A stretch of 58,623 bases of DNA from a virus, in IMG/VR virus record IMGVR_UViG_3300005471_000003, positions 1-58,623 of that record, one strand, 5' to 3'. The position numbers and the translations under genes were made by a program. A model generated the notes under the pieces. The model ran no database searches. It was given only the letters and a program-made list of their open reading frames with translations, and was not told the DNA's origin. Below, piece after piece: positions 26,848 through 35,984 of this stretch; within the stretch, counting starts at the first letter, position 1; every line of letters starts with the position of its first letter.

Positions 26848-27001
26848 TGACTTTTACTCCCCGTTTCGAGAGACTGCAAGCACATCGTTTTAGGCCGATG
26901 ATTTTGTTACAACAACTTTGCTCCTTCGCTCGTCTGGTGCGAGTCGCCAGATTCGCATGTCTAAACTTTCGGGTGGAGGAGCTTCTTGCACACATCCTGA
27001 C

Positions 27002-27625
27002 ATGAAAAACGCCACTCAAATTGGTGGATCGGTTCCAACAAACGGATCGCAAAGCATAATAGAATCAGAAATCCCGTTCACGGTTGAAGTCCGAATTCAA
27101 GGCACTGCGGACATTTTGTTTCATCGCTGGAACTGTGAAGCGGTTGAAGAAAAGGCACGGGCTAAAAAAGGGTCTTCAGCCAAGAAAACAGATGACTTGG
27201 AAAGCTACGTGTATCGCAACGAGAAAGGCGAAATTGCAATCCCAGGCGCATATCTTCGCGCTTCAATCATTGGTGCCGCCAAATTCCGGCAAGACCCACG
27301 TTCGCCAAGAAAGTCAGCACAAGATTTGTTTAAGGCTGGTATCGTCTCATTGACGCCTTTGGCACCCACCGGAGTCAAAGCGTGGGACTACGAACACAAG
27401 CAGCGAGTGACGATTCAACGAAGTGCCATCACAAGAACTTGGCCCGCGTTAAAGGCTGGGTGGGCTGCAACATTCCAAATGCTCTGTAATCTACCGGAAT
27501 ACATCAGTCCAGAGTTGTTGAATGAAGTGTGCTCCCAATCTGGAAAGCTGATTGGCATGGGAGATTTCCGACCAACTTATGGAAGATTTCAGATCGTGAG
27601 TTTCAGGCTCATTGATCTGGATTAA
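27002..27625 (+). CDS. hypothetical protein with RAMP-like motifs (tentative)
   Basis: EIAIPGAYLRASIIGAAKFR and C-terminal GKLIGMGDFRPTYGRFQIVSF. Start is ATG 27002 or 26957. Antisense to the surrounding head genes. Confidence 0.5.
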   Translation: MKNATQIGGSVPTNGSQSIIESEIPFTVEVRIQGTADILFHRWNCEAVEEKARAKKGSSAKKTDDLESYVYRNEKGEIAIPGAYLRASIIGAAKFRQDPRSPRKSAQDLFKAGIVSLTPLAPTGVKAWDYEHKQRVTIQRSAITRTWPALKAGWAATFQMLCNLPEYISPELLNEVCSQSGKLIGMGDFRPTYGRFQIVSFRLIDLD

Positions 27626-27640
27626 AACAAGACTCGCCGT

Positions 27641-27657
27641 GCAAGGTCGCGCCTTGT
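27641..27657. terminator. short hairpin between convergent genes (27625 / 27693)
   Basis: gcaagg-tcgcg-ccttgt, with one G:T pair. Weak. Confidence 0.2.
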
Positions 27658-27692
27658 CGTGTCAGGCCATGTTTAGCTAGGACAAACCGGGT

Positions 27693-30059
27693 CTATTCAG
27701 CGGGAGAGCCTTTGCTTTCCCGCTTTTTCTTTTCGACTTCAGCTTCTGCTCTTTCCCTGCGAATTGTTGCGGCAGTCCGAATGTCGGTAGCAGCGTCCTC
27801 GACCTGCTGCGATTGAATCTCGCGCTGCATCTCAAGAGCGTGTTCCTGATCTTTCCTTTGCTGCTCAAGCTCGAACTGCGCCTGGCGTTGCGCCGTGCGC
27901 TGGGCATGAGATTCTCTTGTGTTGGCCGCTTTTGCCTGCGCCTGAATAAGCATGGATTGAACTTTTGCTTTCGTTTCTTCTCCGATTCCTCCGTCTCCAT
28001 TCTGAGACTCCATCTTTTCCTGCAACCGTTGTGCGAAACCTTTGATAAAATTAGTCAATTTTCCGAGTGCGTCGGAGTATTGTTTGGCCCTTTCTGCCTG
28101 CACTTTATCCATCTCTAACTCAGCAATCAATTTACTGACATGCACCACTACGTTTTGCATTCCAGCCAGTTCTCCAACCGTTGTCATGCCTCCAGTTTGA
28201 TTGGCTCTGGCAACCACAAGACCAAGTTCTCCGATTAGAGTTTCGATTATATCAATCCGGTTGGAATCTCGTCTGAATTGGACTTCTCCACCACTCATCA
28301 AGCTGCCAAAACTAATCATGGCATCATGCTTGGCGTCGCTGATGTGTTGCGTTTCAGGCACTAAGGCGCGTGCTTTTGCGCTGTCATCCGTAATCGCCAA
28401 CACTGCGTCATGTAGAATGGTCTGTTGCGCTTCAGGTCCGAATGCCCCGCGCCATTCCATGAGTTGCTGTGCGATGGCCATTTCCAACGTCTTGTTGCCG
28501 CTGCCCATGACTCGTTCAGGTTCCAAATCCCACGCTTCAGGCACCAACATCTTCTCGGGAATGCCGCGCTTCAGACAACGCACACGAAACTCGCGCACGT
28601 CCGGGTCTCGACTGTTCGGGATGCAGAAGCGTCTGAAAATCTCTTGGTACTCGGCAAGCTGGTAACGATACGACTGTTGAAGGGCCGCGCTCACCAAAGT
28701 CATCATGGCATTGACTTCGGCTTGCACCTGGAACTTGGTCTTTTCTGTTCGGTCCCTGCTGAAGTTCTGGTTCTGAACGAAGCTACTGCTGTTGTCCTCG
28801 ATGATCCGCTGATATTGCACCATACCGGCCTCGATCAATTTCTCATTGGGTTGCCATCGCTCCCCTGGAGGAATGAACTGCACGCTTGGATCAATGATGC
28901 CGCGATTCACCAATGAGATTTTCAAAGCCCGTTCAGCATCATCGCGCGAGTTCACTCTAAAATATTGCATGAGCTGCTCGAACACTGCCTCAGCGAACGA
29001 ACATCGTAACCGATTCTGCAAATGGCAAGCGTCATACACCATCTGGCCAAGAGCACGAATCCCGTGATACTTGAACGGGGCTATGGGAGACAGGTCAGCG
29101 AACTGAAAGTGAATCATCTCAGACAGTTTAGTGGCATACACTCTATTGCCTGAGTTGTAGAGCCATTGGTTACGTCCGCCGACGATGTTCTTGTCCGGCA
29201 TGTTCTTTCGGTCTTGCTGCGCCAGACCAGCGTATGTGCTGTAACCACCCCACGCATCGAAGATCAAACGGCGTTTCCAACCCGCATCCTTGCTCTCGCA
29301 ATCGTAGAAGAAGAAATCAATGACGCTGATTGGTTGCACCATGTCGGAGGAGTAAAGGCCGGAATTCTCGATGATCCGTTGCGTCATCTTTTCCGGTGCC
29401 CAATACGCCGCCGACCATGTATTACCCATGAGCCGTTGCGTTTCTTTCTCAGCCCATTTGATTGCCTCCATGACAACCGGGACGTTCCATCCAGGATCAA
29501 CCTTCGGACCATGCGTCAGACGGTAAAGTTCTTCAGCGGTGTACTCCCGGCAGATAGCGAAGAAAGGAAGATTCTTGAACGTCAACAGTGTGTTGCTCGG
29601 TATCAGCACATCGACAATCGCAGTCGGGTCCGGGCACCACATCTGTTTAGTGTTCCAAACACCAATGCCTTTACCGTGCAAAACGTCTTGAGCGAACTTG
29701 GATCGTTGAAGTTCGTAATACTCCATTGACCGTTTCAGGATTCGATTGATCTCCTTCGTGACAGTTACTCCGCGATCCGTCCGTTTGTGGATAGGTCCAA
29801 GGTCAGTCCGACAAGTGAAAGCGTTTCCGGGTTTGAAGTGGCCTTGGTAAAGTTGCGCCCTTGCATCATGCGCGAGACGAGCGAGAGACAAGTCGTTTGA
29901 GTTGACTTGAATGCCAAGAGCTTCAGCTTCGGCTGCTGGGTATGGAGGGTAGCCAGCGGCGAGCTGGTCTATCTTGTTCCGGTTTTCGCTGCGCCCGAAT
30001 TCCACCAAACGCATAGCCCAAGCTATGTTCTCGACCGTGGCAGCATCTTCAAATCGCAT
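27693..30059 (-). CDS. putative portal protein
   Basis: 788 aa. Located downstream of the terminase and upstream of the scaffold/capsid candidates. Gln/Glu/Lys/Arg-rich C-terminal tail. No motif-level proof. Confidence 0.55.
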   Translation of the reverse strand: MRFEDAATVENIAWAMRLVEFGRSENRNKIDQLAAGYPPYPAAEAEALGIQVNSNDLSLARLAHDARAQLYQGHFKPGNAFTCRTDLGPIHKRTDRGVTVTKEINRILKRSMEYYELQRSKFAQDVLHGKGIGVWNTKQMWCPDPTAIVDVLIPSNTLLTFKNLPFFAICREYTAEELYRLTHGPKVDPGWNVPVVMEAIKWAEKETQRLMGNTWSAAYWAPEKMTQRIIENSGLYSSDMVQPISVIDFFFYDCESKDAGWKRRLIFDAWGGYSTYAGLAQQDRKNMPDKNIVGGRNQWLYNSGNRVYATKLSEMIHFQFADLSPIAPFKYHGIRALGQMVYDACHLQNRLRCSFAEAVFEQLMQYFRVNSRDDAERALKISLVNRGIIDPSVQFIPPGERWQPNEKLIEAGMVQYQRIIEDNSSSFVQNQNFSRDRTEKTKFQVQAEVNAMMTLVSAALQQSYRYQLAEYQEIFRRFCIPNSRDPDVREFRVRCLKRGIPEKMLVPEAWDLEPERVMGSGNKTLEMAIAQQLMEWRGAFGPEAQQTILHDAVLAITDDSAKARALVPETQHISDAKHDAMISFGSLMSGGEVQFRRDSNRIDIIETLIGELGLVVARANQTGGMTTVGELAGMQNVVVHVSKLIAELEMDKVQAERAKQYSDALGKLTNFIKGFAQRLQEKMESQNGDGGIGEETKAKVQSMLIQAQAKAANTRESHAQRTAQRQAQFELEQQRKDQEHALEMQREIQSQQVEDAATDIRTAATIRRERAEAEVEKKKRESKGSPAE

Positions 30060-30071
30060 TGAACAAGGCTT

Positions 30072-30878
30072 TTACGCCGTTTGAACAGGCTGCGCAAGGC
30101 TTGTTTGTGTCCGTTCATATTCCTCGATGAGTTTCGGGTCAATGCCACGAACGAACGGCCAGGTCAGAACCTCGGCATTATCAGGGCAACCTTCCCATTG
30201 GCTTGGAGGATGGAAAAAGTCTTGGCGCACAGTGCGGGCATTCGGAAATGGATTCCACGCGCGGCCTTTGAACATCTGACACAATTCATCATCCAACCAC
30301 GGCAACGACTCATCCTCACTTAAGTTCGGGCGTGTACGTTGATGCAGGAAACGAACAGCGGCGGCTGGTTTGTAGCCTATAAAATCGCCGTGGCGCTCAT
30401 ACCAAGTCGGTCCAAACACTTCTTCCGGTCTCGACAGGAATTCGATCAAGACGGCATTCCAATTAACGTTGCCAAGGAGATATTCGTAAGACAACAGCAT
30501 GAGCACATCCCAATCCCGACGATTTGCGAGATAAGCCATAAGCGCGGTCATCGCACATCCCATGTACTGCCAACCGTTTGAATGCGGTCGGTCGGCAGAA
30601 GCACCAGAATTTAGGACCAGCACGTCAGGCAATGCGTTCGCGGCGAAGGACGGATCCGACCATGTTCCACACGTCAGAATCAATTCAGCGCCTGGAAAGA
30701 AGCGCAGCATGTTGTCGCGCCATTGACATAATCCGAATCTGCCGCCGTACGCCGGATTGAGCGCAGGTTGGAAATTCGATGTCACGGTATCCAATGACCA
30801 CGGCGCGTTGCCGCTGTAACGGATGTCGAAGTCTTCTTGAGAATGCCAATAGGCGTTTGAGCAGCAAATCACGCGCAT
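30072..30878 (-). CDS. hypothetical protein (part of the glycosyltransferase cluster)
   Basis: Start at MRVICC (30878). No motif recognised. Confidence 0.5.
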   Translation of the reverse strand: MRVICCSNAYWHSQEDFDIRYSGNAPWSLDTVTSNFQPALNPAYGGRFGLCQWRDNMLRFFPGAELILTCGTWSDPSFAANALPDVLVLNSGASADRPHSNGWQYMGCAMTALMAYLANRRDWDVLMLLSYEYLLGNVNWNAVLIEFLSRPEEVFGPTWYERHGDFIGYKPAAAVRFLHQRTRPNLSEDESLPWLDDELCQMFKGRAWNPFPNARTVRQDFFHPPSQWEGCPDNAEVLTWPFVRGIDPKLIEEYERTQTSLAQPVQTA

Positions 30879-30879
30879 A

Positions 30880-31584
30880 TTATCTGATTCCAAAATTTGC
30901 AGGATTCACACCGCGTTGCTTCAAGAATGATTTGGCCAGCGTGAGGTTGTGTCGTTGACCTTCGAGTGTATAGCGGATACTTGGATTCTCCCAGCCGTTT
31001 GCGTGCTTTTCATGCAGGCAGATATTCTCCAGAGCTAACGGTTTGTTCGGATTGGTTTCCTCGATCAAATGCCGCATAACGCAATCCCACGCCTCTCGAC
31101 CGATCAGGAAATCTGGAAGCGCCTTCTTCCACTGCAACCACCAACGCACTCGGAAGAAGAACAGATCAGCGCCGGCATAATCAGTTCCCTCTTGGATTTC
31201 CTCTGTTGTGGGAGGTTTCGTTATCCGGTAATAGGCATCCTTCCTGAAGGCGTATCCAGCGTCATTTAGCTGTAGAGCAGCGACGATTCGCAGGCAGGCG
31301 TCTGGAGCCATGCAAAGGTCCGAGTTCGAGAAAACGATAATGTCCGTGACAACGCGTTGATTTGACGCACGATCAAACAGGTCATGTAAGAAAGGGAGGC
31401 GTTTATCGCCTTCATGGAGTAAGCGTGGGAGCGATTCATCTTCAATTGGAAACTCCAGCCACGGCTGTTTGGCCCAGGATGATTTCGCCACTGCTTCCCG
31501 GCGTTGTGTATCTCGGTCGATCAGATGCCGCTTTGACCAACAATGAATTACCATCAAGCCAAGATTGCAACACGCCAACCACAT
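30880..31584 (-). CDS. possible GT-A-type glycosyltransferase (tentative)
   Basis: DIIVFSNSDLCMAPDACLRIVAAL has a DxD-like context. Start is 31584 or 31554. Overlaps the 3' end of the upstream gene. Confidence 0.35.
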   Translation of the reverse strand: MWLACCNLGLMVIHCWSKRHLIDRDTQRREAVAKSSWAKQPWLEFPIEDESLPRLLHEGDKRLPFLHDLFDRASNQRVVTDIIVFSNSDLCMAPDACLRIVAALQLNDAGYAFRKDAYYRITKPPTTEEIQEGTDYAGADLFFFRVRWWLQWKKALPDFLIGREAWDCVMRHLIEETNPNKPLALENICLHEKHANGWENPSIRYTLEGQRHNLTLAKSFLKQRGVNPANFGIR

Positions 31585-32416
31585 CTTTCAAGCGCCTTGG
31601 AGTTTCGTTGTAACCGAAGTGCAACGCCACATTCCCGCGAGGCGTGCTCCCACACCAAGAATCTACCGTCATCCAGATCGTCGGCACTTTACTCGCGTGA
31701 GCAAGATGGGCTGTAGCTGTGTCTGAGGAAATCAATCCGGCAGCGACATCGTATGCGCCGAGCAAATCGAAAATACGGTGCGCTTTTATTTTGCCAAGAT
31801 CGCAGACGTGGAAGTGTCGAAACAGCGGCGAGATGGCTGAATACAATTCCGGCCAGAAACCATAGGGCGAGCTTATTCCTGTCACGTTGAACAGGAGCAA
31901 TGGTTTCTTGCGCATTGGCACAGGCCAAATCTGATTCAGTAAAGACGCTTCACGAACTGGATTTCTACGGTCGAACACGAGCGGAAGTCTGACCATTTCT
32001 TCTCTGGTGAATCCGCATCGTTCCCACATGCTCGCCATGAAGTTCGGCCACAACGCCAAGTTCACGCCCCAGTTATGGCCGAAGCATGTCAGGTTGAATT
32101 TACCGCGGTACTCATCTGGAATCGGGCACTTGCCGAGCCACCATTGAGGCAACACTGCGTTCTCTGAAAGTGCAGCAGCGATTAGACGCGCCTTTTCTAC
32201 GCCTTGCCACCAATGAAGGTTTTGTGGAATCGGATCGCAGTACGACACGCCTTCATAGATATTCGCATACTCGTTACTAACAATGATCCTTGGTTTCAGT
32301 CCTGTTCGACGATGGATCTCTCTAAAAGCCGGGAGCATCAAGATGGTGTCACCTGTCCTGCCGAGCAAAACTAGGACGGGAGCATCATGGGTCTCCAAGA
32401 ACCAGCATCGGTTCAT
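31442..32416 (-). CDS. glycosyltransferase family 9 (heptosyltransferase-like)
   Basis: N-terminal VLVLLGRTGDTILMLPAFREI and C-terminal GLISSDTATAHLAHASKVPTIWM match the GT9 ALGD...P and DSG..HLAAA..P patterns. ATG 32416 overlaps the upstream stop. Confidence 0.6.
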   Translation of the reverse strand: MNRCWFLETHDAPVLVLLGRTGDTILMLPAFREIHRRTGLKPRIIVSNEYANIYEGVSYCDPIPQNLHWWQGVEKARLIAAALSENAVLPQWWLGKCPIPDEYRGKFNLTCFGHNWGVNLALWPNFMASMWERCGFTREEMVRLPLVFDRRNPVREASLLNQIWPVPMRKKPLLLFNVTGISSPYGFWPELYSAISPLFRHFHVCDLGKIKAHRIFDLLGAYDVAAGLISSDTATAHLAHASKVPTIWMTVDSWCGSTPRGNVALHFGYNETPRRLKDVVGVLQSWLDGNSLLVKAASDRPRYTTPGSSGEIILGQTAVAGVSN

Positions 32417-33099
32417 ACGATTGCGGCAGGTATCCAGCAACTTTCGTGGAGCTTGGCAACTTGGTCTGACTTGATATGCTTCTTCAAAATATCATTGCGC
32501 ACAAAAATCTTCGCCCGGAGCGGGCATTCACAGGCTTGACACACACCGAGCTTGTCGTCGAGCGAGGTGGACACATCCATGTCTTTCAACATTCCCGCGA
32601 CAAGCATGAGTTCTCGGGCGGTTTCCTTGACGAAGTACTTTGTCAATCCCCCAGTCACGTCGTTTTTAGGACACGCGACGCAGACGGACGCACGGCGTTC
32701 CGCTTCCTCCTTCGCAATGACCTTTCCATCTGGCCCGAATAAATCCCGGTAGATAGCAAGAGCCGTCTTAATGTTGCCCACAGCATTTGCGGCGTTTCGG
32801 AGCTTGCCCATCAGTCCCGTTTTTTTTTGAACAGGTGATTCGCCTTCCAGGTCCACAAAGTTCAAGTAACCGGCTGCGACCATTCGATGCGCATTGTAGC
32901 GATCTATGTCATCGGCAACGTCGTCCGGGTCAAGGCTCCAACCGTTCTTTTCAACGAGAGCTGGATTACGTGACCGAAAGTCCAGTTCCTTGCGCACGAT
33001 TTCTGAAAACGACCCTTTCCAAGGCGCTGTTTGTCCGGCTTCAGGGTGGATCGCCTGGAACTCTCCCGGTATGAACTTGTCGCGTGATTTTAGTTTCAT
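32413..33099 (-). CDS. hypothetical Cys-motif protein
   Basis: Start at MKLKSRDK (33099) overlaps the terminase stop. CVACPKND...CQACECPL. Confidence 0.5.
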   Translation of the reverse strand: MKLKSRDKFIPGEFQAIHPEAGQTAPWKGSFSEIVRKELDFRSRNPALVEKNGWSLDPDDVADDIDRYNAHRMVAAGYLNFVDLEGESPVQKKTGLMGKLRNAANAVGNIKTALAIYRDLFGPDGKVIAKEEAERRASVCVACPKNDVTGGLTKYFVKETARELMLVAGMLKDMDVSTSLDDKLGVCQACECPLRAKIFVRNDILKKHIKSDQVAKLHESCWIPAAIV

Positions 33100-35984
33100 C
33101 AGTTCGAGTGCGTAAGCGTGTATGAGCGGCGAAGCGTCTGCGCTCGCCGACGCAAATCCATCTTCCAAGATGCGTCTTCCATTTCTTCTTCTTTTCCAGG
33201 CAATCTGGCAATCTGAAATCCTCGGCGTCGTGCGCCTTCCAATAGAATGACTCCGCAATCAGCCAGGTCTGGGCTTTCTCCAGTTCGTTCCTTCATCTCT
33301 GCCTTCGTCTCAATTTCTATCTTGGAATTCTGGACGTAATCCCACTCGCGCCGGCACAACTCAGCCGCCATATCCTGCGGCAACTGGCGCATCTGATCGC
33401 TGATAATGACCATGTGCATTGCGAACCAAAGCTCAGTCACGAACCGGCTGTAAAGCTCATCGCACCTCTGTAATCTTCGGGTCTTACGGTCTCCGTCCCA
33501 CATGAACGTGTCGTTCGATACAGGACGTTCCGTCGCTCTACCGCCGAACTCGACCGCCTCAACCTTGGGACTCCAAAGGCGAGCGAACGCCACGGCGAGA
33601 CTACCTCGACCGTCGAAGAAGAAGTTTTCAGGCGGCACATTGACGCTCTGCATGTAGTCCCGAACGAAGTTAGCAATCTGATCTTCCGGCAGAACGAATC
33701 TGTTTACCTTGACTGGCACAAGCACCAATGGATGACAGGCGACAACGACATGGCCGTTCACGTCTTTTCCAAATTCGATGTGACCAGCCACGCACCTGTC
33801 ACCGCCCATGCCACCGTAAGCAGCGTCGCAAGCGCCGATCTTGATTGTCGGTTCACCGAGCCACGTCACTTCTGAGAAGGCGTGATACGTCTCGCACATG
33901 GCCCGCGTCACGACTCGCCGCGCAACAGCACCTGGCCGTGGTTTACCGACGCACTGCATGAACCATTGCCATGAATCTTTGCCGTGCGTACGGCCGACAG
34001 CTTCAATCTTCTTCCGGCCAATCAGGTATTTGTAGCGTGTGGGTTGGTCAGGTGGATAATCGAAGTTAGGCGAGTCTCGACCGTCGAATGCGACGACTTG
34101 GGCGTTGTAAAACTTGGACCTCCAAACTTGGGTTTTTTCAGTATCGTGCCATGAATCCCATCCCTCTGCGGGTTCGGCAGCACGGCACAGGGTGTCGTCT
34201 AAGTCAAATGGATTGCCAGCGAGTATCCCCTTGAATGATCCTTCAGCTTTCCCGTAAAAATTGGAGTAGGCGTCAAGGAACACGCCCTCCATAGATTGAC
34301 AATTTTTCGCTACTAATCCGTTTACGCTGTAGCTGGAATGTCCTTCGACTTGGAGAGTATAGACTTCAACTCCTTGAGGACTTGTTCGGTATCTTTCAAA
34401 ATCCTCTTGTTGGAGAATCTCAACACTTGCCACCCAAGCCCCCGAAGAAAACGATCTTTTACACTGTCTCGCCTCTTGGTTATTTCTTGAGAATGGGAAG
34501 GACCATCGGCTTCGACCGCTATTTTCAGAGTTGGAAATGCCACGTCTATGCGATAACGGCCCATCGGGAAATTCCAATGACCTTCGGGAAATGCCTTCAA
34601 CAATACTTTTTCTGCTGCTGTAGCTCCCATCCGAAGATTGTATCGAACCGGCCAATCCCATCCTTTCTTTTTCATTGTCCGAGAAAGTTTCAATCTGTTG
34701 GCAGGATTCTTCATTGGATGATGAGCAATCATCTTTTGAAGTGTTTGGGGATTCTGAGAAGGATTGAACTTCTTCATGCGACGACTCAAGCGAACCCTCA
34801 AGTCGGGTTGTTCGATGTACCGTTTGAGATTCGCTTTGGAGATTTTTGCACCGCGTGATTTTGTGTAAATCTTGGAACGAATGTCCGATTGAGAAAGGTG
34901 CCATTTCCCGGCGCAACTCATTGAACAAAATACGTGAAGTGTGCGCTCCGGGTGAAACCTGGACTGGCGTTGGCCGCGAGAAGGATGGAAACGTTTTCCG
35001 CAGTTGGTGCATTGCCGAGTCACTGATTCTACACGGCATTTCATGGAGCAAAATTTCTGGCTTGTGTGCGGATTGTGCATTGGCGTTCCGCAAACTGTGC
35101 ATGGTCTCATAAGCAGAGAGCATATAATGACAGCTCGCCAACTTACAAGCTTCAATCCAGCCATGTTGAGTAAACAAAGGATGATTACCTGTGCAAACAA
35201 TTTCTCTGCCATCTGTGGTATTGATCCGATAAAGGGAAGTGGCTGGTCGGTGCATAGTGCCGATTACCCGATGCGGACCATCTGCCGAAATTACTTCATC
35301 GCCTGCACGAATCGTCTCAATCGCACGCGAACCAGTAGGCGTGTCCACCATTGTTCCAGCAGGGAAACACTCGTCACCGCAATGTCCCAGTCGACCGCCT
35401 GCCTGTGGTTTTATTCCAGTGTAGCTTCCTAATCCCGTCCAAACATTTCCGCGCTTACATGGAATAAACACTACCCCTCTGGTCAAAAGCCGACCCTCAC
35501 TGTTATCGGTGCAAGTGGCATCCGTTGTGATTACGTGGGCTGATTCCAATACCGTTCCAGGCAAATTTCTGTGGAGTTCGCGAGCGCGATTGAATTGCTG
35601 TTTTATTACGCCCCAAATCCTTAGTTCTGCCCCACGTAATTCGGTGGATGATACCATCCAAAGAGCTTTATCCGGTCGTGCCCACCAATCTACGAGGACG
35701 AATTTTGCCATCGACCAAGTTTTATTGGCGTCGGAGCAGCCCATGAAAACAGTCACCTCATTCTCAACCATCGCTCTGAGCGCCAAATCTGACCATCTAT
35801 GATGATCGTCAGTTGGCCATAGAATAGACTGCGCCTCCCTGTAATGATCGAACAGGTTTAGGTTATGCTGTTTCCTCCACTCATCTGTCTGCGCGATTAT
35901 CTCGAACTCGACGGCCAGAGGTGAAGTGTTCGATGTCCATTGCAGGCCGTACTTGACGAAGAATGGCGGGCGATTGGTGGCCAT
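33099..35984 (-). CDS. terL: terminase large subunit precursor, interrupted by an intein
   Basis: Walker A-like GCSDANKT and Walker B GRLGHCGDE. Nuclease-domain motifs IGACDAAYGG and ESPDLADCGVILLEGARRRG in the C-extein. Intein at residues 206-561. Confidence 0.8.
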   Translation of the reverse strand: MATNRPPFFVKYGLQWTSNTSPLAVEFEIIAQTDEWRKQHNLNLFDHYREAQSILWPTDDHHRWSDLALRAMVENEVTVFMGCSDANKTWSMAKFVLVDWWARPDKALWMVSSTELRGAELRIWGVIKQQFNRARELHRNLPGTVLESAHVITTDATCTDNSEGRLLTRGVVFIPCKRGNVWTGLGSYTGIKPQAGGRLGHCGDECFPAGTMVDTPTGSRAIETIRAGDEVISADGPHRVIGTMHRPATSLYRINTTDGREIVCTGNHPLFTQHGWIEACKLASCHYMLSAYETMHSLRNANAQSAHKPEILLHEMPCRISDSAMHQLRKTFPSFSRPTPVQVSPGAHTSRILFNELRREMAPFSIGHSFQDLHKITRCKNLQSESQTVHRTTRLEGSLESSHEEVQSFSESPNTSKDDCSSSNEESCQQIETFSDNEKERMGLAGSIQSSDGSYSSRKSIVEGISRRSLEFPDGPLSHRRGISNSENSGRSRWSFPFSRNNQEARQCKRSFSSGAWVASVEILQQEDFERYRTSPQGVEVYTLQVEGHSSYSVNGLVAKNCQSMEGVFLDAYSNFYGKAEGSFKGILAGNPFDLDDTLCRAAEPAEGWDSWHDTEKTQVWRSKFYNAQVVAFDGRDSPNFDYPPDQPTRYKYLIGRKKIEAVGRTHGKDSWQWFMQCVGKPRPGAVARRVVTRAMCETYHAFSEVTWLGEPTIKIGACDAAYGGMGGDRCVAGHIEFGKDVNGHVVVACHPLVLVPVKVNRFVLPEDQIANFVRDYMQSVNVPPENFFFDGRGSLAVAFARLWSPKVEAVEFGGRATERPVSNDTFMWDGDRKTRRLQRCDELYSRFVTELWFAMHMVIISDQMRQLPQDMAAELCRREWDYVQNSKIEIETKAEMKERTGESPDLADCGVILLEGARRRGFQIARLPGKEEEMEDASWKMDLRRRAQTLRRSYTLTHSN
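34302..35369 (-). mobile_element. class-1 intein (356 codons) inserted after the terminase Walker B
   Basis: Starts CFPAGTMVD, block B CTGNHPLF. Ends EGHSSYSVNGLVAKN, followed by Cys+1 (CQSMEG). The central ~245 codons are Ser/Arg/Glu-rich low complexity. Confidence 0.8.
34322..35110 (-). CDS. nested free-standing homing endonuclease (zinc ribbons + NP repeats + DUF559/Vsr-type nuclease) in the +1 frame of the intein
   Basis: MRPCTVCGTPM..FCSMKC, CTNCGKRF..FCSMSC, KKFNPSQNP/HHPMKNPANR, YRIDVAFPTLKIAVEADGPSH...RRDSVKDRFLRGLGWQVLRF. The track ORF 34322..35212 is open further upstream. Confidence 0.7.
   Translation of the reverse strand: MRPCTVCGTPMHNPHTSQKFCSMKCRVESVTRQCTNCGKRFHPSRGQRQSRFHPERTLHVFCSMSCAGKWHLSQSDIRSKIYTKSRGAKISKANLKRYIEQPDLRVRLSRRMKKFNPSQNPQTLQKMIAHHPMKNPANRLKLSRTMKKKGWDWPVRYNLRMGATAAEKVLLKAFPEGHWNFPMGRYRIDVAFPTLKIAVEADGPSHSQEITKRRDSVKDRFLRGLGWQVLRFSNKRILKDTEQVLKELKSILSKSKDIPATA

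Noticed and set aside
28201-29729. Plus-strand ORFs antisense to the portal gene (28201..28665, 28425..28916, 29166..29729)
   Set aside because: They overlap one another and the 788-aa minus-strand ORF, lack motifs, and contradict the uniform minus-strand operon.
34382-35432. Plus-strand ORFs 34382..34858, 34846..35112 and 35004..35432, antisense to the intein/endonuclease region
   Set aside because: No recognisable motifs. They lie opposite two sense-strand frames that both carry clear signatures, so their openness is probably a side effect of constrained codon composition.
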